A stretch of DNA of 64,000 nucleotides. It comes from the human T2T-CHM13v2.0 reference genome, Homo sapiens. The stretch is from NCBI RefSeq assembly GCF_009914755.1, contig NC_060938.1. The stretch is one strand, 5' to 3'. The position numbers and the translations under genes were made by a program. Of this stretch, positions 13,851 to 27,800 are shown piece by piece (position 1 is the stretch's first letter; every line of letters starts with the position of its first letter). The notes beneath the pieces are model-generated. The model was not told where the DNA came from, ran no database searches, and saw nothing but the letters and a program-made list of their open reading frames with translations.

Positions 13851-15016
13851 TGACTGGGCTCCTCTCCTCAATTAAGCTCATCAAACTTCCTGGGCACTCA
13901 CTCTGTGTCACAACATTTACTTTTGTCTTTGTCCCCTGCTCTTCTCTGTAGATTTCCTAAGTCCTTCTACAGCTCTAATGGGATATGTTTCCACAATATC
14001 CAAAAGCAAGCTATTTTTATATCTGGGCAGTTTTACCCACTTATGTCTAAGATTCTTTTCTGATTCTGTTATATGGTCAAGTACTGTGTAGTGATAATTA
14101 AAATATTGGATAATTTTGGCAAAATATTGTGTGGTATGGAATTTGAAAACCTTTGACATAAAAATTTTCAAGAAAAGGAAGAAATATAAGATTAGAGAAA
14201 GCAAAATTCTAATTTTCTTAGACCCATTGCCAGATTTATATTTCTTTGGATCTAATTTTCTTTAGGCCCTGTGCATGTGTGCTAGTGCTTACTGGCACAG
14301 TCACTTTAGATAAGGACAAAGAAAGCACATGGATAGAGGCAGAACATTAAATGAGGGCAAATATAGTTGTTGCAAACTTTGAGGTCACTACATTTCTCTC
14401 TCATGACATATGTTCTCATTTGCAATTATAGGCAAACAATTTAAAAGTTCTTACCATCTTGATACGGGGGAGAAGCAACCAAAATATTGTTAATAACTCC
14501 CATAGCAAGATGAATTCACTTAACAAAGTTCATTTTTTAATTGGCTTTTGCAATTCATGGGATTGGCTATCTGAGACTTTTGGGAGTGTCATGATATTTA
14601 AATAGTTCCTTTATAGGCTCCTGTGATTCTCTTTTTAAAATTATTTTTTAAAAAGTTTTGGAAGCATCTTCTCTTCACCCTGTTGTTACTTTCCTGAGAT
14701 TTATCTCAAAATTGGTATGTGGAATTTAATCTCATCAAGCTTAAAAGCAACTATACATGTTGCCATTCAGAGAGATAAAGGGATTCTGGGCTAAAGTTAT
14801 TACCACAGTCAAGGCAACCTGTGTTTTTGAGCATGAGGACTTGGGGTTTGGGCGTGAGAGCCTAATATAAAACAAAACAGCGAATTATTGCTGTTTTGAC
14901 TGATTATTGTCACTGCTAACACAAGCATGGGATTGAAGTAGCAAGATAAAAGTGAGCATGTTGATGTATAGTTCAGAAAGAGCAGAGAATATAATTGGGC
15001 ACTATTTTGTTATCTT

Positions 15017-15132
15017 AGAGGTGGGAGGATCACTTGAGGCCAGGAGGTCCAGGCTGCCGTGAGCCATGATCACATAGTTGCACTACAGCCTGAGTGACAG
15101 CGCAAGACCCTGTCTCTTAAAATAATAATAAT
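15017..15132 (+). mobile_element. Alu monomer fragment (FRAM/AluJ-like)
   Basis: ggtgggaggatcacttgaggccaggaggtccaggctg...gcaagaccctgtctc with A-rich tail. Confidence 0.8.
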
Positions 15133-17408
15133 ACTGATAAATTATTTTAATGACCAGGTAGACAGATAGAGTTTTTCAGTAATCAGATCCTTAATTGAGC
15201 AATATGTAGCAGTTAAACATATGTTCTTTGCACATTCAAATCTTCAGACTACCAGTGTGCCTTGTGACGCTAACTTTAGCACTAAATTGTAGCTGCTTCT
15301 AACACAAAGTTAGGATTATAATAATATTTACTTTATAGCATTGTAAGGATAATAAGGTAATTATTGGTCACATATCACTGTAAGATAACTAAATCAATCT
15401 CGTCATACCCAAAAGCCTTTATTCAACTTAATTATCTACATAGTAAGAAGCCAGTTTCTTCCCATAAATGATTATCTTCATTACCAAACTATCTTCTTTC
15501 TCTTCTACAACTTTGATTGATTCTTTTCATGTCTGACATCTGTACCACTAAGACCTTTACATGTATCTATTTGTTAATCTGGGCTGTGCAATCTAGAGTT
15601 TGAGCCACAGAAGATTCTACAATTTGACCTCTTGCCTTATAACCTTTGCTTCTTCCTTCCTGTTTGACCAGAATGCTTTTAGTTAAAGTTCCTTGCTCAA
15701 ATTAATTTCTGACTCCAGAAAGTACTTCATAAAAATTTCACATTTCTCCTTTAAATGGAAGTTTTATTTCACATTCGGTTTATCATTACCTTAGGCAGAG
15801 ACCTGCAATTAATTTCCAAATCAGGTACTAAGGATGGGGTGTTAATCCCATTAGAGAAGTTTATTTCCAGTATAACCTGATGTCCAAGACAAGGCATTAT
15901 TTAACTCTGTATTTGAAATCTGAAGTAGAGTTAATAATGAAACATCAAAGAATGTCTTCCCCTATTTCACAATGATATCCATTTGTAACCTAATTCTAGC
16001 TCTAGTTTACTGCATTTACTTTTTTTAAATAAGTTAGAGGTGAAGAATGCTAAAGGTTGGAAGTAGCTAACTGGTGAATGGAGAATTGTAAAGAACGCTA
16101 TGTGGTTTTTCTTCAGTGTCTACTTTCCTTTTTGTCAGATTTGTATTCCAATGTTTTAATAAATGATAGGTTTATTCTAGAAAATAATGACTTTATTCTA
16201 ATATTTCATTTTAATCTTATTTGGTCTTTTAAAGTCTCTTAGTTTGTTAATCTTCTCAGAAGCAAATATTTTTCTATTCAGATTGGCTTTACTTGTAAGA
16301 AAGTAAAACTATATTATGTAATTTTCAATTAGAATATACTTTATAGTTTACACAGCTCTTTGAAATGTGCACTATCACAAATAAGGACTCAAAAGTTTAG
16401 AGAATTCCAGTAAATTGCACAAGGACATTAATCCTATCTGTTTTGGGCATCATTATCTCTCTGGGCCTGCAGAGTTTTTGGCCCATAATCACCAAAGGTA
16501 CTCAAGAAGTTGGAATGAATGAACAAACACTATCACAGAGTAAGTAGTGAAGCCAGAAATTAAACCCAGATCTGATCTCAAATTCTGTGTTCTTATATTA
16601 AGGCATCTTGAGGAAATTCACACTCTGCCTTTCCAAGAAGACTGACTAATCCCACAACTGTTAATATGGAGTATGATCATCTCTTACTATGGAAAAATAT
16701 TTTTAGAATGATTTTAGAGAAATTCTGCCTGTACTTGTAGAACCAAGTTGCAGACAAACTGAAATGGTTTTAGACAATTTTGACTCAACACACATCAGTT
16801 TGCACATTTTTGTCAGGCTTTGTATACATATATCAGATACTTTAAAAGGCATCTGATTCTGTGAGGTAATACCAAAAAATCAATTACTAATTTTTATATT
16901 TTTAATGATCTCAATATTTGAAAGTCATTCCATGAGTATCTGTCTCAACTAACTATTGACTATGACTGTAGACACACAGGGAGCTCCATGTAGCTTTGGG
17001 GATCTGGCTATGAATTTCATTTTCAAGGGCTCTTTTTTGAGAAAACAGATTGTTTCAATTTTATTTTGAATACAATTAGATAAAATTAGCATCATGCACT
17101 TATATCAAAATTATAAAATTGTTTTCAAATTCTGTACATGGACATATATACATATGGATACAAATGTCAATACATAATTTGAAAAACAATTTTATATCCA
17201 TATTTCGTTCTAGAAAAAAAACAAAAATGTTAGTATGTATCTATATGTTGAGACTAAATTTATGGTTCCCTAAAATTACAAACATGCTTAAGCCTATGAA
17301 GAGAATATTATTCAAAAAAGCCAATTTTGCGTGTCAAGTCCATAATAAGGTTAAAAACTAAATTTTCATTTAATTAATTTCTAATAAACTTGCAAAATTA
17401 CAATGATG

Positions 17409-17422
17409 TTTCCCAAGGGAAT
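17409..17422. promoter_or_regulatory. Candidate O/E (Olf-1/EBF) site with nearby TAATTA homeodomain motif
   Basis: tTTCCCAAGGGAAT matches the EBF palindrome ATTCCCNNGGGAAT; TAATTA at 17371-17376. Lies about 2.6 kb upstream of the OR pseudogene. Confidence 0.45.
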
Positions 17423-17469
17423 GTTTATTTTTCACAAATAAGGTATTGCATATGCTTGCTATGTTATTG

Positions 17470-17935
17470 GTCTGAAGTGGAATTCCTCAAGGCTTGCTCC
17501 TCATTTTTCTTTAGTCTTTCTGAAATGTAACCTGCCTAGTGAGGCTGTTACTGATCACCTGGTTATAGTCCATATTCCTTTGTTCTGCTTTATTTGCTCC
17601 ATGGCACTATTCCATAAATATTTTCCTTTGACAAAGGTAGTTATCTTCATTACCAAACTATCTTTTTTTCTCTTTTTGCTGTCTCTCAACTTCTCCCCTC
17701 TTAATTCATAAATATATATATCATGTCAGTTAGATGTCACTAACTAATACATATTTTACTTATTTATTTTTAATTGCTTGTGCCAACACCACCCACCCCC
17801 ACAGCTTTAGGATGCAAGTTACATGAGGATGGGACAGTTTTTATTATTTTTTTCTCCCATTGCTTTGTCTCCAGGGTCTATAAAACTGTGTGGTGCAGAA
17901 AAGGCAATCTATAATTATTTGTTGAATGAATTAAT
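17470..17935 (+). mobile_element. L2 3' fragment with an internal insertion
   Basis: aatgtaacctgcctagtgaggc...gcaagttacatgaggatgggac...tatttgttgaatgaatt. Confidence 0.65.
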
Positions 17936-18096
17936 TACATCAGAGATGCTATTCAATAGGCCTTGGAAAACTCTTCTGTTATTGTGATATTAGCTCAATT
18001 ACAGAAAGAAGAGGCTGTGAAATCATTAGCAAAGGTAAGTAGTTCAAATATAAATTTAATTAGAAAATCTATTATGCTATCTGAAATTGCATTTAG

Positions 18097-19172
18097 TGTT
18101 GCAGGAAGTCAGCGACCCCAAACGGAGGGACTGGCTGAAGCCATGGCAGAAGAACGTGGATTGTGAAGATTTCATGGACATTTATTAGTTCCCCAAATTA
18201 ATACTTTTATAATTTCTTATGCCTGTCTTTACTGCAATCTCTAAACATAAATTGTGAAGATTTCATGGACACTTATCACTTCCACAATCAATACCCTTGT
18301 GATTTCCTATGCCTGTCTTTACTTTAATCTCTTAATCCTGTCATCTCGTAAGCCGAGGAGGATGTATGTCGCCTCAGGACCCTGTGATAATTGCATTAAC
18401 TGCACAAATCATAGAGCATGTGTGTTTGAACAATATGAAATCTGGGCACCTTGAAAAAAGAACAGGATAACAGCATTGTTTAGGGAATAAGAGAGATAAC
18501 CTTAAACTCTGACCGCCGGTGAGCCAGGGGGAACAGAGCCATATTTCTCTTCTTTCAAAAGCAAATGGGAGAAATATCACTGAATTTTTTTTTTCAGCAA
18601 GGAACATCCCTGGGAAAGAGAATACGCCCCTGAGGGTGGGTCTCTGAAATGGCCCCCATGGGTGTGGCTGTTTTCTATGGTTGAAACTGTAGGGATGAAA
18701 TAAACCCCAGTCTCCCATAGCACTCCCAGGCTTATTAGGAAGCGGAAATTCCTGCCTAATAAATTGTGGTCAGACCGGTTGCTCTCAAACCCTGTCTCCT
18801 GATAAGATGTTATCAATGACAATGGTGCCCAAAACTTCATTAGCAATTTTAATTTCACCCCAGTCCTGTCGTCCTGTGATCTCGCCCTGCCTCCATTTGC
18901 CTTGTGATATTCTATTACCTTGTGAAGTACGTGATCTCTGTGACCCACACCTATTCACACTCTCCCTCCCCTTTTGAAAGTCCCTAATAAAAACTTGCTG
19001 GTTTTGTGGTTTGTGGGGCATCACATAGCCTACCGACATGTGATGTCTCCCCCGGACACCCAGCTTTAAAATTTCTGTCTTTTGTACTCTGTCCCTTTAT
19101 TTCTCAAACCGGTCAATGCTTAGGGAATATAGAAAAAGAACCTACGTGACTATCGGGGCAGGTTCTCCGATA
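18097..19172 (+). mobile_element. MER11 (MER11C-like; HERV-K11/HML-8) solo LTR
   Basis: Starts tgttgcaggaagtcagcgaccccaaacggaggg and ends ggcaggttctccgata; 1076 bp; 6-bp TSD ATTTAG (18091-18096, 19173-19178); AATAAA at 18986. Confidence 0.92.
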
Positions 19173-19773
19173 ATTTAGTCCCATCTTTGAAGAGCAGGTA
19201 GCCAATTATATTAAATAATATTAAATTTAGCTTCTGTAAAAGAGGAATCATAGGGTAAGGGTAAAGAGTACAACTGTGATACTAAAAGAATCACTTTTGA
19301 TTAAAGAGGATGTATGCTTCTGAGATTCTAGGAAGATACATCTGTCATTGCTAAATTATTTAACTCACTGTTGTATACTTTACATTTTTTGATACAGAAA
19401 AGCAAATGCAATATCTCACTCACACTAGTTCAATTGTTACAAATTAATTTCAATCTATTCTTATTGCTGCAGACACCTCAAATACACGGCCTCATGCCAT
19501 TCCTTTATTTGTTGTCATTTATCAAAGTAACTGGACTGATTTCCATATCTTTACACCTGGCCTAAATTTCCTGTCCCTTCAAGATTCTGTAAATGGTGCT
19601 AGACTCCTAATTTTCAACTATTAATAATCTGAATGTGTAAGTACAGTATGTATGATTTTCAAAGTTCTATTAAGGTATTGCACATTTCTACAAAAACATT
19701 TTAGAATTCAATGGCAAATATTGCTGTCTCTCAATTTCTCTCTTTCTATATAGGTTTATCTGTTAGATAAAAA

Positions 19774-19776
19774 CTC

Positions 19777-19818
<42 letters not shown>

Positions 19819-19826
19819 TATCTATC
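19774..19826. repeat. (CT)n microsatellite followed by short (TCTA)
   Basis: ctctctctctgtctctctctctc...catctatctatc. Confidence 0.9.
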
Positions 19827-20064
19827 TTGCAAAGCATAAAGGCAAAAGTAAATAATAATTCATATAATTATCTAAGTGAGCCCAGGGAAAATATTAATTC
19901 CTAACAATCATGTGAATACTCTTTGTCTTATAGCCTCACCATTTTATTTTTATATTAGAATCAAAGCATCTATTTGATTTGCAAAATGGTAAAAAGCTTA
20001 TTCTTAATCCATCTTAATTATCTTTTCTTCCCTCTAGATAACTTCAGCAGCTCAGATTCAGTTA

Positions 20065-21001
20065 ATGGATGGAGTAATAAATCAGTGGTTACTGAATTCA
20101 ATTTGTTGGGGCTGTCTAGCTCTTGGGAACTCCAAGTCTTCTTTTTCTTTATCTTCTCTGTGTTTTATGGAGCTGCAGTGTTGGGAAACATCCTTATCAT
20201 CATCACAGTAATTATAGACTCTCATTTGCATTCCCCAATGTACTTTCTTCTTAGCAATCTCTCTTCCATCGATGTGTGTCAGGCTACATTTGCCACTCCC
20301 AAGATGATTGCAGACTTCCTCAACGAACACAAGACCACCACTTTCCAGGGATGCACGTCACAAATCTTTTTCTTGCATGTTTTTGGGGGTAGTGAGATGG
20401 TGCTTCTTGTTGCCATGGCCTATGATAGATACATTGCTATATGCAAACCTCTGCACTACATGACCATCATGAACCAGAGGGTGTAAACTGTTCTGGTGGG
20501 GGTTTCCTGGGCCATTGGCATCTCGCACTCAGCCACCCACCTGGCATTCAAAGTCAATCTGCCTTTCTGTGGACCCAACAGGGTAGACAATTTTTTCTGT
20601 GACCTCCTCCTAGTGATCAAGCTTGCCTGCTTAGACACCTATGGTTTTGAGATACTGGTGCTCACTAACAGTGGTCTGCTCACTTATGTGTTTCCTCCTT
20701 TTGCTCATTTCTGACACTATCATCCTTGCTACTGTGCATCGCCAAGCCTCTGATGGGATGTCCAAGGCCCTTTCCACTCTGTCTGCCCACATTACTGTTG
20801 TGCTTCTCTTCTTTGGCCCATTAATATTCATCTATATTTGGCCCTTTGAAAGCTTCCCAATTGATAAATTTATCTCTGTGTTTTTTTACTGTCTTCACTC
20901 CTCTCCTTAACCCCATGATTTATACTCTGAGGAATAAAGATATAAAGGAAGCCATGAGGAAGCTAAGGAGATGACATGTGGGTTCCAAGCAGGGTTTTTA
21001 G
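20065..21001 (+). pseudogene. Olfactory receptor family 4K pseudogene (probably OR4K16P)
   Basis: OR motifs LHSPMYFLLSNLS, MAYDRYIAICKPLHY, FCGPN, KALSTLSAH and [12 protein letters not shown] are split across frames. Lesions: 1-bp loss in codon 4, TAA at 20484, frameshift near 20680, extra T at 20881-20887, TGA at 20972. Confidence 0.93.
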
Positions 21002-21277
21002 ACAACTACAAAGAAGTAATACAAATTCCTACTTTTGGGCTTTGAAATTAACATATGTGATTATTATTATTGTGTTTGTATCACAAATAGTTTTTTTACT
21101 AGACTAAATTAGAGGGCCTGAATATGGTGATCTGGAGTTGGCAAACACAGTGCAGAATCTTATGATGCCAGTTCCTATATTCTGTGTCTCACATCATCCT
21201 CCCTAAAGCTGCAACTACAAGTATTAAAACCCATAAGCAGTTTTTCCTCTTAAACAGGCACCATAAAAAATTATCTC

Positions 21278-21392
21278 TGAGAGGTAGAGGTAAGAGGATC
21301 ACTCAAGCCCAGGAGGTCGAGGCTGCAGTGAGCCGAGATTGTGCCACTGTACTCCAGCCTGGGCAACACAGTGAGACCCTGTCAAAAAAAAA
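21278..21392 (+). mobile_element. Alu right-arm fragment (AluJ/FRAM-like)
   Basis: gaggatcactcaagcccaggaggtcgaggctgcagtgagccgag...gagaccctgtcaaaaaaaaa. Confidence 0.8.
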
Positions 21393-22709
21393 TCTCTTGC
21401 AACATTTAAAAATCAGCTCTATATTAAAGAAGATTAGCTAGTTCATGTGATTCACTCTGGGTAACATAGAGAATAATTTAGCATTATTTGAGTTAAAACA
21501 GAATTTGCTTTGAAATAAAAGGCGATATGAAGATTCTAAAAAGTGCTGCTTTACCTCATCAGTTACAGTTCATAATTATTCTGGCTAATACCTTATTGTT
21601 ATAAAGGTAAAATTTTATATTCACAAATAAGGCATTAATGCTTATCAAACATGTCTTTTGTCATACTTATTATTTGTGCTAGAATTTAAATATATAAAAT
21701 ACTACAGTATCAATTACAGGACGATAAATATAACCAAGTTCATAGTTAAAATTACAAGACTACTCTTACACTCTCTGGAAGAAAGAGCAATTACAAACCT
21801 CATTATATCACTAATAATAACCTGTCATCAATTGACAATGACTGCAAGGTATCTGAATAGCCAGTGATTTTCTTTAGTTAATTTCATTTGGGAGTGTAAT
21901 TTTCAAAGTAGTTGCAGAAAATATATATATTGCTAATTAGAAAATATATCACATGCTTCTCTTCTTCTCAAACTTTAATTGAAACTTCAGAAATTGCTCA
22001 TCAAACATTGGAAAGAATAAGAGAAAGAGGGTCATCGCATGATTAATTCAGTCTTTTATCAGCCACAGAATCTGGCACTGTCATCACTGCACCATATAAT
22101 TCGAGCTTGAAGAGTTTATTCTGTTTATGATAGCTTTCAATTCAAACTTGTAATTTTTGAACTAAAGATGTGATTATGTGTTTTATTTTTATTACTTAAA
22201 ATAGATTGTGAGTCCCTAAGGCAAATATTGTCCTATATTTTACCATAGTTGTTAATGTATCAAAAGTTTAACATGCAAGCACATGCAGCAAGTGTCATAA
22301 AAAGGATATGCTACCCAGAGCAATTGATATTCAGGTGATTTCTACACTTGGCTTTTTACAAATGTGGCATTTGGAGTGATGAGGTTGGAAGCCAGTGAAA
22401 AACTAGATTGTCCATCTCTAAGTCTTAGCTTATGTGGGTCATTGCACTCTGTAACAATCTGATCTTGTTTTTGCATTTAGTTTTCCACATGTGGAATTAC
22501 TTCATTGGGTGCTACTTTACTAAACTGACATCGATTAAAGGTCTCTGTCAATAGAATTATAATGGGCAGTACCAGCTATCTAAGTAAAGAGGCAAAAGTC
22601 ATAGGCCCTTGTTCCATAAAAGCTTTTAAGCTTATCAGGACAGCAATAAAATGTTTATTAACAGATAATAAAAGCAAGTAGAATATATAATAAAACACAC
22701 ACTGAATTT

Positions 22710-22788
22710 TTAGGTTAGTGCAAAAGTAATTGCAGTTTTCACAACTAAAAGTAGTTGCAAAAACCTCAATTTGTTTGCACCAACCTAA
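22710..22788. mobile_element. MADE1 mariner-derived MITE (about 80-bp hairpin)
   Basis: Terminal inverted repeats ttaggttagtgcaaaagtaattgcagtttt / aaaaacctcaatttgtttgcaccaacctaa, followed by TA. Confidence 0.9.
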
Positions 22789-23334
22789 TAATCCCAGTGT
22801 GTTAATGCTCAGTTTTGTCCAAAGCAACTCAATGCATGTGAGCAATTTTTAAAATTTAACTTATATCAGAATATGTGTACACATAAAAGAGATGAAGAAA
22901 GACCTTTGGCCTTGTAGAAGTGATTGCATATTAAAGAGCAGAAAATCACAGAAATGTATAATGAAAAAGGACTTGATCTTTATAAGGGTTGCAGAATTAC
23001 ATGGCCAGGAGAAGACATTTACTGGCAAACCACCAGAAAATCAGATAAGTGACATTAACTTAATGAATTGTGCCAGTTTAAGTTTTGACCCCATACTTAC
23101 AGTCATACTAGAAACCCCAAATTGTTAATTGCAAGAAATTTGAAGAAGAAATTTGTCAAATTACATTAAAAAATGTTTGTGAAATTAATTAACCAAAGCA
23201 TCATGATTAGAACAGAAGTCAGATTACTTGGGAGTGGTTTGATAAATCTGTGTTAAATTGAAAAGTTTTGGTTATTTGATTGGCATGTGTGAGATTACCA
23301 GACTCTGAAAGCTTGTTAGAAAAATATCTACCTT

Positions 23335-23641
<307 letters not shown>

Positions 23642-24964
23642 AGAAAAATATCTACCTTAACAATGTTGAGATAGTCACTGTTATCCATTATCTTAATTAC
23701 TCCCACTGTTATTTATCCATGTAATTGGGGCTGAATATAGTCTCTCTTTAGGTGTGTTAATATCTCTTAACAGGTTAAAATCAAGACACATAGCCAAGAC
23801 TCATACCAAGAGAACATTCGCATATGTTCTCTTACTCATTATATGTTTTTAGAATTTAACCTTCTCTCTCAGACTTATTTTATTACTTGTAAAGTTTTGT
23901 GAGTCAAATGTTATGAGTAGAATATTTTTTAAAGATATACAAATAGAAAACAAAAGTAGCAAAAAATTTATCTAATAGATATAAAAATGGACCCCTATTA
24001 GATTAATAAAGAGTAAAACAAAAGGATATTACTGAATAAGATGGAAACTTTGAAAACATGGAAGCTCTATTTGGTCAAAAATTACTGAACAACTTTTAGA
24101 AAGCAATTTGCTGTATTTATCAAATTATCTCCATATTCATGAGCTGATAAATGTATTTCTAGGAGTCTATCTTGAATAATTTCTTCCCTAATTCTGTAAT
24201 ATAAAATTAAATGCATATATATATGTATATTGGACATGATGAACTGTAGAAAATATAACCTCATGAAGAAATGGGTAAAGCAAGTCATAAGGAGAAAAGA
24301 AACTGTTGATTTTCTCAGTGCAAGAGTGTCATCTGAACACCTACTATCTACCCACAAAAATTGAAAATTAAAATTAAGAAATTAATAAAATGTCATCTGA
24401 AACAGACCGACATTGTTTCCTCTTTCTGAGAAAATGCTGCTCCACTCACATAATGAGCTAGAATAATTCTGACTTCAAAATTTGAAAAGGGTCATATAAG
24501 AAGGAAAAATTATAGGCCAATCTCACTCAAAAACAAAAATACAAAATTCCTTTAAAAACAGAGCAATACAAATTCAGGAAAATGGAATAATAAAATAGTA
24601 TCCATTTGAGATTACAAGCAATGCAATGTTGATGATGAACTGAATGAATGAACATTTGATTATAATTTAATACAATTCACTGTATTAACAGAATAAAAGA
24701 AAAACTGTATATATAATATATACATACATATATACAGTTACTTCAATGGGGCAAAAATGTTTAAAAATAATAATTATTGTTGTAAAGAAAACTTTCATAA
24801 ATGAGAATATAAAAAGTATATATGGCTGACAAGTTTAATATCAGCCATGAGCACACAATGCTATCTAGGAATGACACTGTTATCTACTCCACTAATTTGA
24901 AATATCAACTCAGAAGGCAAAAATAATTTTAACATAAAAGCCAAAAATGTAAACATAAAGTAGA

Positions 24965-25016
24965 AGGAGGTGAGGTTCACAGCACATGAAGTGAGGAGGT
25001 GAGGTTCACAGCACAT
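24965..25016. repeat. Direct repeat, 2 x 23 bp (period 29)
   Basis: aggaggtgaggttcacagcacat at 24965-24987 and 24994-25016, identical. Confidence 0.9.
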
Positions 25017-25091
25017 CTAATTCAAAAGGGCTTTAGAGGCCAACTAGTTGAGTGGTTATCAGATTTATCTGATCATCAAAATCCCTGGAAA

Positions 25092-25643
25092 TTTTTTTTC
25101 TTTTCAACTTTTATTTTAGATACAGGGGATACATGTGTAGATTTGTTACAGGGGAATCTTGTGTGATGTTCACACATGTGATGAGATCCATACTCCAAAC
25201 CTCACATACTGAGTATGGATCTCACAGGTAGTGAGCATAGTACCTGATAGGTGGTTTTTAAACCAAGCTTCCTTTTCACCCTCTAGTAGTCCACAGTGTC
25301 TACTGTTACCATATTTATATTTATATGAGCTCAATGTTTAACTCCTAGTTATAAGTAAGAACATGCAGTACTTGGTTTTCTGTTCCTGAGTTAATTTGCT
25401 TAGGATTATGGCCTTCAGCTCTATCCATGTTGCTGCAAACAACATGATTTTATTCTTTTTTATAGCTGCGAGGTATTCCATGGTGTATATTTACCATTTT
25501 TAAAAATCCAATCTATTATACCACTGATGGACACCTGGGTTGATTCCATGTCTTTGCTATTGTGAATAGTGCAGTGATGAACGTACAAGTCCATGTGTGT
25601 TTTTGTAGAATGATTTATTTTCTACTGAATATATATCCAGTAA
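25092..25643 (-). mobile_element. L1PB-type 3' end (antisense) with internal micro-inversion
   Basis: caacttttattttagatacagggatacatgtg...ataagtaagaacatgcagtacttggttttctgttcc...ttccatgtctttgctattgtgaatag. Confidence 0.85.
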
Positions 25644-25863
25644 AAGTGGTAAAAGAAAAAACACCCTACAAAATAGAGTGTTACACCACCAAAAATGATA
25701 AAGTAAGGAGCTAAACTAAAATCTCTCTTCCATAAAGAAATGAAAAATTGACAAAAATGTACAGAGCCACTGTTTCCATGTCCTGGAGATTAAAGAAAGG
25801 CTTACAGCAACCCAGGGAACATTTATTAAAGAAAAGTAGTTTGGTTGTTAACAGTAAATACTA

Positions 25864-27800
<1,937 letters not shown>

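Noticed and set aside
18160-18323. About 75-bp internal direct repeat in the LTR
   Set aside because: As I recall, it is an intrinsic feature of MER11 LTRs rather than a locus-specific event.
19974-20486. 170-aa ORF as a functional truncated receptor
   Set aside because: It starts at a TTG in presumed intron, upstream of the splice acceptor at 20037, and ends at a premature TAA after TM3. The real ATG (20065) is out of frame.
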